This document shows, in pieces, positions 8,980 through 17,681 of a DNA stretch of 59,500 nucleotides. The first letter of the stretch is position 1; each line of letters opens with the position of its first letter. The DNA is taken from the IMG/VR virus record IMGVR_UViG_3300010052_000132, positions 1-59,500 of that record; one strand, given 5' to 3'. Made by a program: the position numbers and the translations under genes. The DNA comes from a virus. Taxonomy: Duplodnaviria; Caudoviricetes. Below the pieces are notes generated by a model that saw only the letters and a program-made list of their open reading frames with translations, was not told the DNA's origin and searched no databases.

Positions 8980-9267
8980 ATGATGGTATTCGTTATATTC
9001 TGGATCATATGCGGTGCAGTGGCCGCGACGATCGCGAGCAGCAAGGGCGGAAGCGCACTAATTGGCTTCATTGTGGGAGTTTTGCTCGGCCCGCTCGGTA
9101 TCATTATCGCATTCTTCCTGGGCAACGAGAAAGCCGCCGCTCAATCACAGATTCAGTCTGGCGAACGCAAGAAATGCCCACGTTGCGCCGAACTCGTGCA
9201 ACCTGATGCGTTGGTCTGCAAGCATTGCGGGCATGAGTTCGCTACACCCCCCATCCCTACAGCATAG
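8980..9267 (+). CDS. Membrane protein with C-terminal zinc ribbon
   Basis: TM segments then KKCPRCAE...CKHCGHEF. Confidence 0.75.
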   Translation: MMVFVIFWIICGAVAATIASSKGGSALIGFIVGVLLGPLGIIIAFFLGNEKAAAQSQIQSGERKKCPRCAELVQPDALVCKHCGHEFATPPIPTA

Positions 9268-9279
9268 CCCTGCGGAGGC

Positions 9280-9909
9280 TCAGAGCCGGCGAGCGAACCA
9301 TACCGGGCGGCCGAGTATCGTCGCCTCGTGCTCCTCGACCTCATAAGGCGAATAGCGTTCGTTTGCAGAAAACACGCGGTACCAACCCCGCCTTCCGGGC
9401 ATCCTCTCGACCAACTTCACCACATAGCCGTCTCCATCCCATAGCGCGAACGGGCCTGGCTGACGCGGATCACGATCTCGCCGGTCGATCAGGATCTGGT
9501 CACCATGAAGGAAATCCGGCGCCATCGAGTCGCCACGCACATCGATAAGCTCAAAATCCTGCGGCTGGCCGCGCAGTTCGTCCCTGATCAGCCTTATGGG
9601 CAGCTTCGCTGTCTGGATGTCTCCGCTTCCGGTCCCACCACCGCCCATGCCCGCATAAGACGGCAGAACATTGACGGAAACGTAATCGAGTTCCGCGAGT
9701 TCCTCGCCAGCCCATCGGGGAAAGCGAGGGTATGCAGCTTTGAGCTTGTCGATGATCGGCTGACTCAGGCGCGTTGTCGCGGACCCGTTGTAATGGCGGT
9801 TCAGGGTTGTGTTCGCCATGCCAGCATTGGCCGCAATCCGGGCGACCTTGTGCCCGCTCCATCTGACGAGCTCTGCTACGAGAGAGCGATCTTCATCCAA
9901 ACCATCCAT
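9280..9909 (-). CDS. cI: CI-like repressor (HTH + S24 peptidase)
   Basis: N-terminal HTH, AGMG cleavage site, VRGDSMAP (Ser) and VVKL (Lys); divergent from a Cro-like gene. Confidence 0.9.
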   Translation of the reverse strand: MDGLDEDRSLVAELVRWSGHKVARIAANAGMANTTLNRHYNGSATTRLSQPIIDKLKAAYPRFPRWAGEELAELDYVSVNVLPSYAGMGGGGTGSGDIQTAKLPIRLIRDELRGQPQDFELIDVRGDSMAPDFLHGDQILIDRRDRDPRQPGPFALWDGDGYVVKLVERMPGRRGWYRVFSANERYSPYEVEEHEATILGRPVWFARRL

Positions 9910-9919
9910 TATGGAAGGA

Positions 9920-9989
9920 ATAGCAAAATCGCCTATCGCGTTCTCTAGGCAACATTGCGGTTGCATCTAAGCAATCATGCCTATATTTT
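9920..9989. promoter_or_regulatory. OR-like operators and PR promoter
   Basis: ATAGCAAAATCGCCTA 9920-9935, TAGGCAACATTGCGGT 9946-9961, TAAGCAATCATGCCTA 9968-9983; TTGCAT-17-TATTTT ending at 9989. Confidence 0.7.
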
Positions 9990-9997
9990 GCCTAAAT

Positions 9998-10243
9998 ATG
10001 GAACAGGCAGACCCCGTAGCGCAGCTGTACAAGCGCGCCCAAGAGAATGGCATTCCGCTTGCTTCGATCTGTCGGCGAGCCGGTGTCGCGGAAACAACCC
10101 CCAGCCGATGGCGGAACGATCGGAATGGGCCAACCTTCGCAACACTGAAGAAGCTAAACGACGCGCTCGACGATCTGATATCAAATGCACCTGCGCCGAA
10201 CATCGGCGAAGCGCCGAATGCCGCCGTCGGCCCCGCCGCCTGA
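9998..10243 (+). CDS. cro: Cro-like HTH protein
   Basis: LASICRRAGVAETTPSRWR HTH; divergent from cI. Confidence 0.8.
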   Translation: MEQADPVAQLYKRAQENGIPLASICRRAGVAETTPSRWRNDRNGPTFATLKKLNDALDDLISNAPAPNIGEAPNAAVGPAA

Positions 10244-10446
10244 TGGCCGCTCGCAACAACTTCTCGTCGGTCGAAGACCGCCGCCATGTGCGCGGCGACG
10301 ACGTCCGCAAGAGCTTCACCCCGGTTGATCGCTTCACCTGCATGACCTGTGGCGCCCGCTGTGAGCCGGATGCCGGCATCGGCTGCAAGCATCAGGTCCG
10401 CCGGATCTCGTCGCGCCTCTATCATTCCGGAGGGATTACCCGGTGA
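10243..10446 (+). CDS. Small Cys-rich hypothetical protein
   Basis: TGATG coupling; CMTCGARC...GCKH. Confidence 0.6.
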   Translation: MAARNNFSSVEDRRHVRGDDVRKSFTPVDRFTCMTCGARCEPDAGIGCKHQVRRISSRLYHSGGITR

Positions 10447-10913
10447 TCAAGCCGATGATCCACAGCCCCATGCCGCACGTTTCCGCCTCAAAGCTGCTCG
10501 AGAAGCTGGGTACGACGCTGGAGGATATCCGCGTCGACCACGACCTGTCCTATATCGACCTGGGCCGCGAGCTTGCGAAGCACAGCGACCAGGCCGGCAA
10601 ATATTGCCGCGCCACGGCCGAGATGCCCAGCTCGACACTGCTGAGGGTCTGTAATCTGTGGCGCGGCCGGCTGAACCCCGTTTTCGCGCTGATCGGCCTG
10701 CGTCTGACCGAAGTCGATGGCAGCACGACCTGCGACCGCCGCGCCCTCACGATCGTCAGCCGGGCCCAAGCCGAAATGGCCGAGAACCTCGAGGACGACA
10801 ACCAGATCAGCGATAGCGAGCTGCTTGAAGACCGCGCGTGGATCGAGGCCGCCGGATCCATCTTCGACGGCTGGCGCCAGCGCCTGAGCGAGATCGACAA
10901 AAACCGTCCCTGA
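10443..10913 (+). CDS. CII-like regulatory protein
   Basis: Position after cro; HTH-like N-terminus; helical C-terminus LEDDNQISDSE. Confidence 0.55.
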   Translation: MIKPMIHSPMPHVSASKLLEKLGTTLEDIRVDHDLSYIDLGRELAKHSDQAGKYCRATAEMPSSTLLRVCNLWRGRLNPVFALIGLRLTEVDGSTTCDRRALTIVSRAQAEMAENLEDDNQISDSELLEDRAWIEAAGSIFDGWRQRLSEIDKNRP

Positions 10914-11028
10914 CATGCTGCTGGATCCGGGCTGAGGCTCGTCGATCCGCGCATCGACCGAACATGGGCGCCCCGCCCCTGTCGCTGCGGCCAAGCCGTG
11001 GCGTTCCCTGGCCAGCCGAGGAGTTTCC

Positions 11029-11517
11029 ATGGCCGATACCGCAAGCAGGGAGAAGGTCGCTTCGGACCTCCGCCCCCCCAACTTCCGCGGCGCGATCGCA
11101 CTGATCCGCGCGACGCTCGACAAGAAGAAAGAGAAGATCGCCAGCGTGAACGGCGAAATCGCCGACATGTGGGCGAAGATCGTTGGCTACAAGGTCAACA
11201 AGAAGGCAGCGAAGGTCTTCTTCGATCTCGACAAGATGGAATCGGCCGACCGCGAAGACTTCATGCGGAGCTTCAACGGCCTCGCTCAGAATGCTGACTG
11301 GCCGGATGTCGTGGTCGACCTAGTCGACAGCGCCGAAGGCAAGGTTCTCCAGATGCGCCTCGGTCCCGACGCCCGCAAGGTCTCTGGCACCGATGAAGAT
11401 GAAGATGATGCGCCTGCGGGCGGCGACGAGAAGGCTGCTGCGGCACAAGCCACCAAGGTGATCGATCGCGCGCGTGGGCATCTGCGCGGCGGTGACGGCG
11501 AGGCGCGGCTGAACTGA
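11029..11517 (+). CDS. GapR/DUF2312-like DNA-binding protein (divergent)
   Basis: Pattern KKEKIASVNGEIADMWAK..GYKVNKKAAK...KMESADRE resembles the GapR family. Confidence 0.45.
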   Translation: MADTASREKVASDLRPPNFRGAIALIRATLDKKKEKIASVNGEIADMWAKIVGYKVNKKAAKVFFDLDKMESADREDFMRSFNGLAQNADWPDVVVDLVDSAEGKVLQMRLGPDARKVSGTDEDEDDAPAGGDEKAAAAQATKVIDRARGHLRGGDGEARLN

Positions 11518-12053
11518 TGACCAAGGCCGTCGTCCTCGCCCTCGATATCGCGACGACGCTGGGATGGGCGCTCCATCGAGCTGAGATGGAGCGCCCGTTC
11601 TTCGGCTCGCTGCGCCTGCCCGGCGGACCGGGCGACATTGGCTGGCGTGCCCACAAGCTGCGCGAGTTCCTGCGCGACCAGCACAAGATGCACGGCCTCA
11701 CCCATATCGTGTTCGAGGCGCAGCACGTCTCGTCGAAGATCGACATGAAGGTGATCCAGATGCTGCTGGGCCTCGCCGGCGTGGCGGAGCTGTTCGCCCA
11801 CGACAAGGGGATCAGGATCTACAAGGCGCACATCTCGGAATGGCGCAAACATTTCCTCGGTCGAGGATCCGGCTTCGGCAAGGATAATCCCAAGGAACTG
11901 GCGCTGCGCGCTTGCGAATCGCTCGGCTGGTACACGGACAGCCACGACGCGGCCGATGCCTGCGGTATCCTCGATTATTTCCTCACCATGGTCCCCGGCC
12001 ACCCCCGGCCCTGGCGCGATCGCGGCTTCATGGGGGCAAACCTCAATGGCTGA
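11517..12053 (+). CDS. RuvC-like Holliday junction resolvase
   Basis: VLALDIATTLGW...IVFE...WRKHFLGRG...K...HDAADACGI. Confidence 0.8.
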   Translation: MTKAVVLALDIATTLGWALHRAEMERPFFGSLRLPGGPGDIGWRAHKLREFLRDQHKMHGLTHIVFEAQHVSSKIDMKVIQMLLGLAGVAELFAHDKGIRIYKAHISEWRKHFLGRGSGFGKDNPKELALRACESLGWYTDSHDAADACGILDYFLTMVPGHPRPWRDRGFMGANLNG

Positions 12054-12735
12054 TCTGGTGATCGAGCGGTTCGGAGCCGCGACGCTCTACCTGGGCGATG
12101 CCTATGAGATCCGGCCCACACTTGGCTGGTTCGATAGCGACATAATGGACCCGCCCTACGAGTTCGACAACTCGGGCGGAGGAGCCTTTCGGAAAGCCCG
12201 CGGTGCGAGCGACCAGATCGTCGCCGAGGGGCTCGACCAAGGGTTCGACCAGCGGATCATCAACCCACTCCTCTGCGGTTCCGTCGTGGTGTTCTGCCAC
12301 AATGATCAGCTGCCGAAATTGCTGACCTATATCGACGGCAACTTCCACCGGTTCGTCGTGAACTTCTGGGTTAAGCCGAACCCGGCACCCCATCGCAACA
12401 AGCATTATCTGGCCGATACCGAGCCCTATATCCATGCCTGGCAGCGAGGCCACGCGCCCGTGGGCAAGCATCACGACATGCATCGGTTCGTACTCGCTGA
12501 GTCCCAGCCGTCGAAAGTCTATGGCCACCCGACCGTCAAGCCGGATGCGGTCATGTCCAAGGTCGTCCGCAATGTGGCTGCACGGACGATCTGCGATCCG
12601 TTCATGGGCACGGGCTCCACGGGTGTAGCGGCCATCCGCGCCGGCAAGGTCTTCAGCGGCATCGAACGCAATCCGATCCATTTCGACACCGCATGCCGCC
12701 GTATCGAGGCCGCATGCCGAGAGGTTACCGCATGA
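12046..12735 (+). CDS. N6-adenine/N4-cytosine DNA methyltransferase (beta class)
   Basis: DPPY, HPTVKP and DPFMGTGST motifs in beta-class order. Confidence 0.9.
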   Translation: MADLVIERFGAATLYLGDAYEIRPTLGWFDSDIMDPPYEFDNSGGGAFRKARGASDQIVAEGLDQGFDQRIINPLLCGSVVVFCHNDQLPKLLTYIDGNFHRFVVNFWVKPNPAPHRNKHYLADTEPYIHAWQRGHAPVGKHHDMHRFVLAESQPSKVYGHPTVKPDAVMSKVVRNVAARTICDPFMGTGSTGVAAIRAGKVFSGIERNPIHFDTACRRIEAACREVTA

Positions 12736-14243
12736 ACGCCCATCTTCATGTCGTCGGCAGCGATATGCCGGTCGCCCTCGCTAATGAGGAAGCGGAAAGC
12801 CTGCTTCTCGGGGCGCTGATGGTCGACAACCAGCTGATCCCCGGCGTTACCGACCGGGTGGCGGTCGACGACTTCTATTTCGGCATCAACCAGAAGATCT
12901 ACGGCGTGATCCTGAAGCTTCACGAGCGCGGCCGGGTCGTTTCCCCTGTTACGCTGCGTCCGCTGCTCGAGTTCGACCCGGACGTCGCCGAGATGCTGCC
13001 GACCATGTCGGTCGGCCACTATCTCGCCGTGTGCACGGGGTCGGGGGTTGCCGTGATCGCCGCCATGGAACTCGCCGACCAGGTGGCCGACCTCGCCGCC
13101 GCGCGCAAAATCGACGCGGTGCTGGGCAAGTACAAGACGCTGTTGCCCACCATCGGGCACGAACCGATCGAGGACATCGTCGACCAGATCGAAGGCGACA
13201 TCTCTGCCGCCTTGCCGAGCATCGCCATCGGCACGAGCAAGAACCTGTCAGGCATGTGCCGTAAGGTGCTCGAGCGCAATGAGCGCATCGCGCTCGATCT
13301 CGGCAAAGCGGGCATCCGCAACAAGCTGGTGCCGGAGGTCGACAAGCTGATCGGTCCGTCGGAAGGCAGCCTCTACACGATCATCGGCGCGAGGACCGGC
13401 CAGGGCAAGTCGACGACGGCTCGCTCACTGGCGCTCGGCTACGCTCTCTCAGGGGCCCCGGCCTACTACTTTTACACCGAGATGAGCGAGGAGCAGATGG
13501 CGATCGCCACCGTCTCGGACGCCCTGCTCTATCTCGGCACTCCGATCGAGATGAACGTCCTGCGTCAGGGCAACCTGACCTCTGCCCAGATCGCGGCGGT
13601 CGAGCGCGCCGAGCAGATGCTCGCGAGCCTTCCGATCAGTTTCGAAAAGGTCGGCCGGTGCGATGTTCGTCGCATCGAATCCCGCGCCACCCGCGCGGCG
13701 GCTCGCTGGGCGAAGAAGGGCCAGCGGCTCGGGATGGTCTTCGTCGACTATCTCCAGCACCTGCAGGCGACCCGCAATGGGCGCCAGATCCACGATCCGA
13801 CCGAGCGCGTCGCAACGGTTTCGGGCCGGCTGCTCGACCTCGCACACCGTCTCGATACGCACGTCTTCGCGCTCTGCCAGCTAAACCGCGGCGTCGAGGA
13901 TGCAAAGGATCCTCGTCCCGGAATCCACCATCTGAAGCAGGCCGGCGAGCTCGAGCAGGACGCCGACTCCATTCTGCTGCTGTTCCGCGAGGAGGAGTAT
14001 CTCAAGCTGCAGCAGCCCAAGGGCAGCGGCCCAGAGTTCGAGCGCAAATATGAGCAGTGGCGGATCGATTTCGAAGCTGTCCGCGACAAGATCGAGCTGA
14101 TCGCCGGCAAGAACCGCCACGGGGAGAAGTCGACCCGGGTGGTCAAGTTCCTGGCCAAGCACGGCGGGATCCGCGGCAGCGACTTCAACGAATATGCCGT
14201 CGCACAGGACCTCGGCTTCGATTTCAATGGGGAGGGACGATGA
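12732..14243 (+). CDS. dnaB: Replicative DNA helicase (DnaB family)
   Basis: EAESLLLGAL, GARTGQGKST, EMS, VDYLQ, QLNR, LEQDAD, KNRHG. Confidence 0.95.
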   Translation: MNAHLHVVGSDMPVALANEEAESLLLGALMVDNQLIPGVTDRVAVDDFYFGINQKIYGVILKLHERGRVVSPVTLRPLLEFDPDVAEMLPTMSVGHYLAVCTGSGVAVIAAMELADQVADLAAARKIDAVLGKYKTLLPTIGHEPIEDIVDQIEGDISAALPSIAIGTSKNLSGMCRKVLERNERIALDLGKAGIRNKLVPEVDKLIGPSEGSLYTIIGARTGQGKSTTARSLALGYALSGAPAYYFYTEMSEEQMAIATVSDALLYLGTPIEMNVLRQGNLTSAQIAAVERAEQMLASLPISFEKVGRCDVRRIESRATRAAARWAKKGQRLGMVFVDYLQHLQATRNGRQIHDPTERVATVSGRLLDLAHRLDTHVFALCQLNRGVEDAKDPRPGIHHLKQAGELEQDADSILLLFREEEYLKLQQPKGSGPEFERKYEQWRIDFEAVRDKIELIAGKNRHGEKSTRVVKFLAKHGGIRGSDFNEYAVAQDLGFDFNGEGR

Positions 14244-14716
14244 GCCAATCCTGGAACAGTGCATGGGCTGCTGAGGCGAGAGCGGCAAATCTGCGCCATT
14301 TCGGCCAGCCGGCCCAATGCAAGGCCTGCGGGCGCAATGATGATGCAGCGAGCTGCGAGATCGCAGATATGGCGATGGTAGCGGTTTCGTTCGGCCGCAA
14401 GCCGATGATGATCTGTGCTGAATGCGCCGATCAGATCGCCAATGTGTTCAGCTATAAGCATTCGGGCGAATTGCTCACGCCGGGCATTCGCGGCTGGCCG
14501 GAAGCTCCGGAGCGACCTGGGCAGAAGCGGCGAAAGATGTCGCTTCGGCGGGCTATGCGGATATTCGAGCGCGATGGCTATAGCTGCAAGCGCTGCGGCT
14601 CTCAGACCGACCTTCAGGTCGACCACATCGTGGCGCTCGCCAATGGCGGTACCGAAGACGACGGCAATCTCCAGACCCTGTGCGGCCCCTGCAACCGCAG
14701 GAAGGGCGCCCGATGA
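14240..14716 (+). CDS. HNH endonuclease
   Basis: IFERDGYSCKRCG...VDHIVALANGG...NLQTLCGPCNRRKG. Confidence 0.9.
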   Translation: MSQSWNSAWAAEARAANLRHFGQPAQCKACGRNDDAASCEIADMAMVAVSFGRKPMMICAECADQIANVFSYKHSGELLTPGIRGWPEAPERPGQKRRKMSLRRAMRIFERDGYSCKRCGSQTDLQVDHIVALANGGTEDDGNLQTLCGPCNRRKGAR

Positions 14717-15732
14717 GCATGACCCTGATGGCTTGGCTCGGCCATGTCGAGCCGGAGATGGGGCACAGCGAGTTCCGCGTGCTGTTTCGCCTGTGCTGGC
14801 ACCTCAACGAGGGCGACCTGCTGTGCTGCCCCTCGATTGAGGATCTGGCGGGCAAGACGGGCATGTCGGAGCGTACCGTCTATCGCGCCATCGATAAGCT
14901 GGAGAGCGACGGCTACATCGCCGTGCACCGGGAGCGGTGGCCCAACGGCACCCAGAAAAACAACCGATATGCGATCCTTGCCGACGTCAGTTTCAAGATG
15001 CCGGGCGGCAACAATGTCCGGATCAAGCTATCGAAAGAGGACAGCAAAAGCCGGGTGACACTGGTGTCAGGCGGCGTCGATCAGCCGGGTGACACTGGTG
15101 TCACTGGCCGGGTGACACCCATGTCACCCAATGAACAAGGAAGATATAACAAGGAAGTAATACCCCCCTCTCCTAACGGAGAGGGCACCCCCACAGAAAA
15201 TTCCGATCTGTTCGGCGAGGTCGCCGCCGAGCCCGAACCGCCATTGGCCGAACGTGTCGTCGCCGCGTGGAAGCAGCTGGCGAGCGAGGTTCCGGCGATC
15301 AGCAACATCCGACTGGTCGACGATGCCCGAGCGAAGAAGATCGTTGCCCGGGCCGCTGCGGCGGCGCGGCAGCTGGGGATCACGCCGTGGGAGGTCTGGC
15401 AACAGGTGCTCGCCGCCATCCCGCGATCAAGCTTCCTCTGCGGTCGCGCTCCGCCCGGCAAGGGCTACGTCAAGCCCATGACCCTCACCATCGATTACGT
15501 GCTCCGCCCGGCGGAGTTCCAGAAGATCCTCGAAGGAGCCTATGATGACCGACCTGGCAGCGGCCCGAGCAGTTACGATCCTTCCACCGGCCGACGCTAT
15601 GGCCCGAGCGAGCAGGCTGGCCGTTCGGTCCTCGAACGCCGCCGCGCTCGTCGAGCTCAATCCCAACAACCAGGGGATATTCCAGGAAGTCCGGGAAACC
15701 CTCACGCCGCAATTCCTTACCACCCTGGCTGA
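14713..15732 (+). CDS. Replication initiator (wHTH, lambda O-like)
   Basis: CPSIEDLAGKTGMSERTVYRAIDKLE wHTH; internal iterons; C-terminal DYVLRP..F.KILEG.YD. Confidence 0.85.
   Translation: MSMTLMAWLGHVEPEMGHSEFRVLFRLCWHLNEGDLLCCPSIEDLAGKTGMSERTVYRAIDKLESDGYIAVHRERWPNGTQKNNRYAILADVSFKMPGGNNVRIKLSKEDSKSRVTLVSGGVDQPGDTGVTGRVTPMSPNEQGRYNKEVIPPSPNGEGTPTENSDLFGEVAAEPEPPLAERVVAAWKQLASEVPAISNIRLVDDARAKKIVARAAAAARQLGITPWEVWQQVLAAIPRSSFLCGRAPPGKGYVKPMTLTIDYVLRPAEFQKILEGAYDDRPGSGPSSYDPSTGRRYGPSEQAGRSVLERRRARRAQSQQPGDIPGSPGNPHAAIPYHPG
15050..15160. repeat. Replication origin: three palindromic iterons plus A-rich tract
   Basis: GCCGGGTGACAC(TGG/CCA)TGTCA at 15050, 15084 and 15107, followed by A-rich 15130-15160. 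Confidence 0.8.
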
Positions 15733-16057
15733 GGCACACGCGGGCGTCCTGGCTCAACTGGCACTTCCCGCCGATCGGCAGGCCGACATGCTGGTCGTCG
15801 AGCTCACCCAGGTGATCAAGATCATCGGGCTGGGCATGACGGCGGAGCACCGTGACGAGTGGGTCGACGCTGTCGCAACGGAGCTCGAGCAGTTCCCCTG
15901 GGCGCTCGTCCAGCCGGCGATCGCGCGGAAACGGCGGGTGATCACCCGGCACAACGAGTTCCTCGCAGCCGTGATCGCCGACGTCGTCGAGGATCAGCAG
16001 CGCCTGACGGCCGAGCGCCGCGTGATTGAGCAACTTATCCAGATTGCGGAGGATTGA
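15542..16057 (+). CDS. Hypothetical protein (helicase-loader position)
   Basis: RBS GAAGGAG before ATG; helical; follows the initiator with a ~190 nt overlap. Confidence 0.55.
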   Translation: MMTDLAAARAVTILPPADAMARASRLAVRSSNAAALVELNPNNQGIFQEVRETLTPQFLTTLAEAHAGVLAQLALPADRQADMLVVELTQVIKIIGLGMTAEHRDEWVDAVATELEQFPWALVQPAIARKRRVITRHNEFLAAVIADVVEDQQRLTAERRVIEQLIQIAED

Positions 16058-16881
16058 CCGTGTCGGGGGGAAAGCTTCCAGGAGTGCGGCGCATGTGGAT
16101 TGACGGCGTTCTCGTCGTCGGGGGCGACGACGCGTCCACCGTGGCGAAAGCGCGCGCGGCACGGATCGCCGAAGCACGCGAACGCCTTGCGCAGACCGAA
16201 CGTCAGTGGCCCGGCCTGGTGGTCGATTATCAAGCGCGCCAAGCCAGACTGTCTGCGGCTGCGCGTCGAGAGCGGCGCCGGTTCGAGCTTCTCGTTCTTG
16301 GACACGAATTGGAAGACGCGGACGATCAGGCAGAAATTGCTCCTGATGTGCTGCGCGCCGCTCTCTTACGCGCAAAATGGCGCAAGAATGCAAAGATATC
16401 CGGCTCGCCGGAGACACACGAGCACGTCAGCAGGACACATGATGGGCCGCTCGCCGCGCTCTACTCGAACGGCTCAATCAGCGTTGAGCAGCTCGCGTCG
16501 GCGGTCGAGATCGCCGAAACGGCGAACATGATCGAAGCTGACGTAGCAATGCGGACCCAGGATCTCGATCGCCCCCCCGTCGACATAACTCGTGCGCCGC
16601 CCGATCTCATCGAAGGTCTCCGGAGGGTTCGAATGTATCGTGCCTATGACCATTGGCGACGCCAGATCCCTGCCCCGCGACGGGCTGTTCTCGACATGAT
16701 AATTGGAGATCCCATCGGCTTCACGGTCGCTGCTCGCCGTTACCGGATGCACAATCGCCGTGCGAAACGGATGTTGCTTGCTGCGCTTGACCTTTGGCCG
16801 GGGTGCGTCGAGTTGGCTGAAGCAGAGATAAGCCGCGAAGATCTGAATGATGCCCATGCGGAGCTGAGCCGGAATGGGTGA
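16054..16881 (+). CDS. Putative late-transcription regulator (Q position)
   Basis: Last gene before the terminator and terS; C-terminal HTH-like region. Confidence 0.45.
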   Translation: MTVSGGKLPGVRRMWIDGVLVVGGDDASTVAKARAARIAEARERLAQTERQWPGLVVDYQARQARLSAAARRERRRFELLVLGHELEDADDQAEIAPDVLRAALLRAKWRKNAKISGSPETHEHVSRTHDGPLAALYSNGSISVEQLASAVEIAETANMIEADVAMRTQDLDRPPVDITRAPPDLIEGLRRVRMYRAYDHWRRQIPAPRRAVLDMIIGDPIGFTVAARRYRMHNRRAKRMLLAALDLWPGCVELAEAEISREDLNDAHAELSRNG

Positions 16882-16963
16882 GCTTAAAATTCTCTTGCAA
16901 GTGGCCACGAAATGCGAGAAAAAGCCAGCGACACAATTGCGCCCGCAGCAGATCGGGCGCTTG

Positions 16964-16991
16964 AAAAACCCGCCAATTTCGGCGGGTTTTT
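16964..16991 (+). terminator. Intrinsic terminator (bidirectional shape) upstream of terS
   Basis: AAAAACCCGCC-AATTTC-GGCGGGTTTTT; preceded by hairpin GCGCCCG...CGGGCGC at 16939-16960. Confidence 0.8.
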
Positions 16992-17003
16992 GCGTTTCGG
17001 GGG

Positions 17004-17681
17004 GTGGCCGTGGCCCGGAAGTCGGCTGATCCTACCGCGAGGCTGAAAATTTATTTGGCGGCACGCGAGATTGTCCGTCGTGACGACGTCGCCAACGCTG
17101 AAGAAATGGCGAAAATCCTTAGGATGACTTGGCGCAACCTGCGTCTGATCATCGACGCAGACCCCAGCTTTCCGGTTCAGTCACGCGGCGCAGAAGGGAT
17201 CGCGTGGGAGTTCCGCGTCGCGAAAGTGTTGGATCATCTGAGCAAACGCTGTCGGGCAGAGATCGAAGAAAACGCAACTCGCTCGCGCCGACTTGCCGAG
17301 CTCGCCGGTGTAACCGTGCCAGAAGATGGGGTTGGCCTCAGCCTGAGCGAACTGCGCGAGATCAACCGGCTGCAGATGGATACACAGCGCCGCAAGATTG
17401 AGCAGCGCGAACTGGTGCCAGCCGCCGAGGTGAGGTCGATGATGACCGAGTTCTTCACAATGGTGCAGAGCGTCACGCTCGCCACCGTCACCGAGCTAGA
17501 CCCCGCCGGCCAATGGCCAGCCAAGACCCGAGCCGATGTCTCGGACCACCTCCGCACGATGTTGGTGCGGGTCCACGACAAATTCGCGAGCTATATAACG
17601 GATGACATTCGAGACCGTCGCCCTGCTCGAAAGAGAGCTGGGCGAACTCGGCAGGCTGGAGCATTGCGTCAAGGCGCGTGA
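17004..17681 (+). CDS. Terminase small subunit (Nu1-like)
   Basis: wHTH N-terminus (FPV.SRG..G..WEF), coiled coil, ELVPAAEV; precedes terL. Confidence 0.8.
   Translation: MAVARKSADPTARLKIYLAAREIVRRDDVANAEEMAKILRMTWRNLRLIIDADPSFPVQSRGAEGIAWEFRVAKVLDHLSKRCRAEIEENATRSRRLAELAGVTVPEDGVGLSLSELREINRLQMDTQRRKIEQRELVPAAEVRSMMTEFFTMVQSVTLATVTELDPAGQWPAKTRADVSDHLRTMLVRVHDKFASYITDDIRDRRPARKRAGRTRQAGALRQGA

Noticed and set aside
10914-11028. GC-rich gap after the CII-like gene as a possible rightward put/nut element
   Set aside because: No clear match to the PL twin hairpins; pairing is ambiguous
11512-11522. CTGATGA on the + strand (also at ~25662)
   Set aside because: TGATG stop/start coupling with no flanking helices or GAAA core
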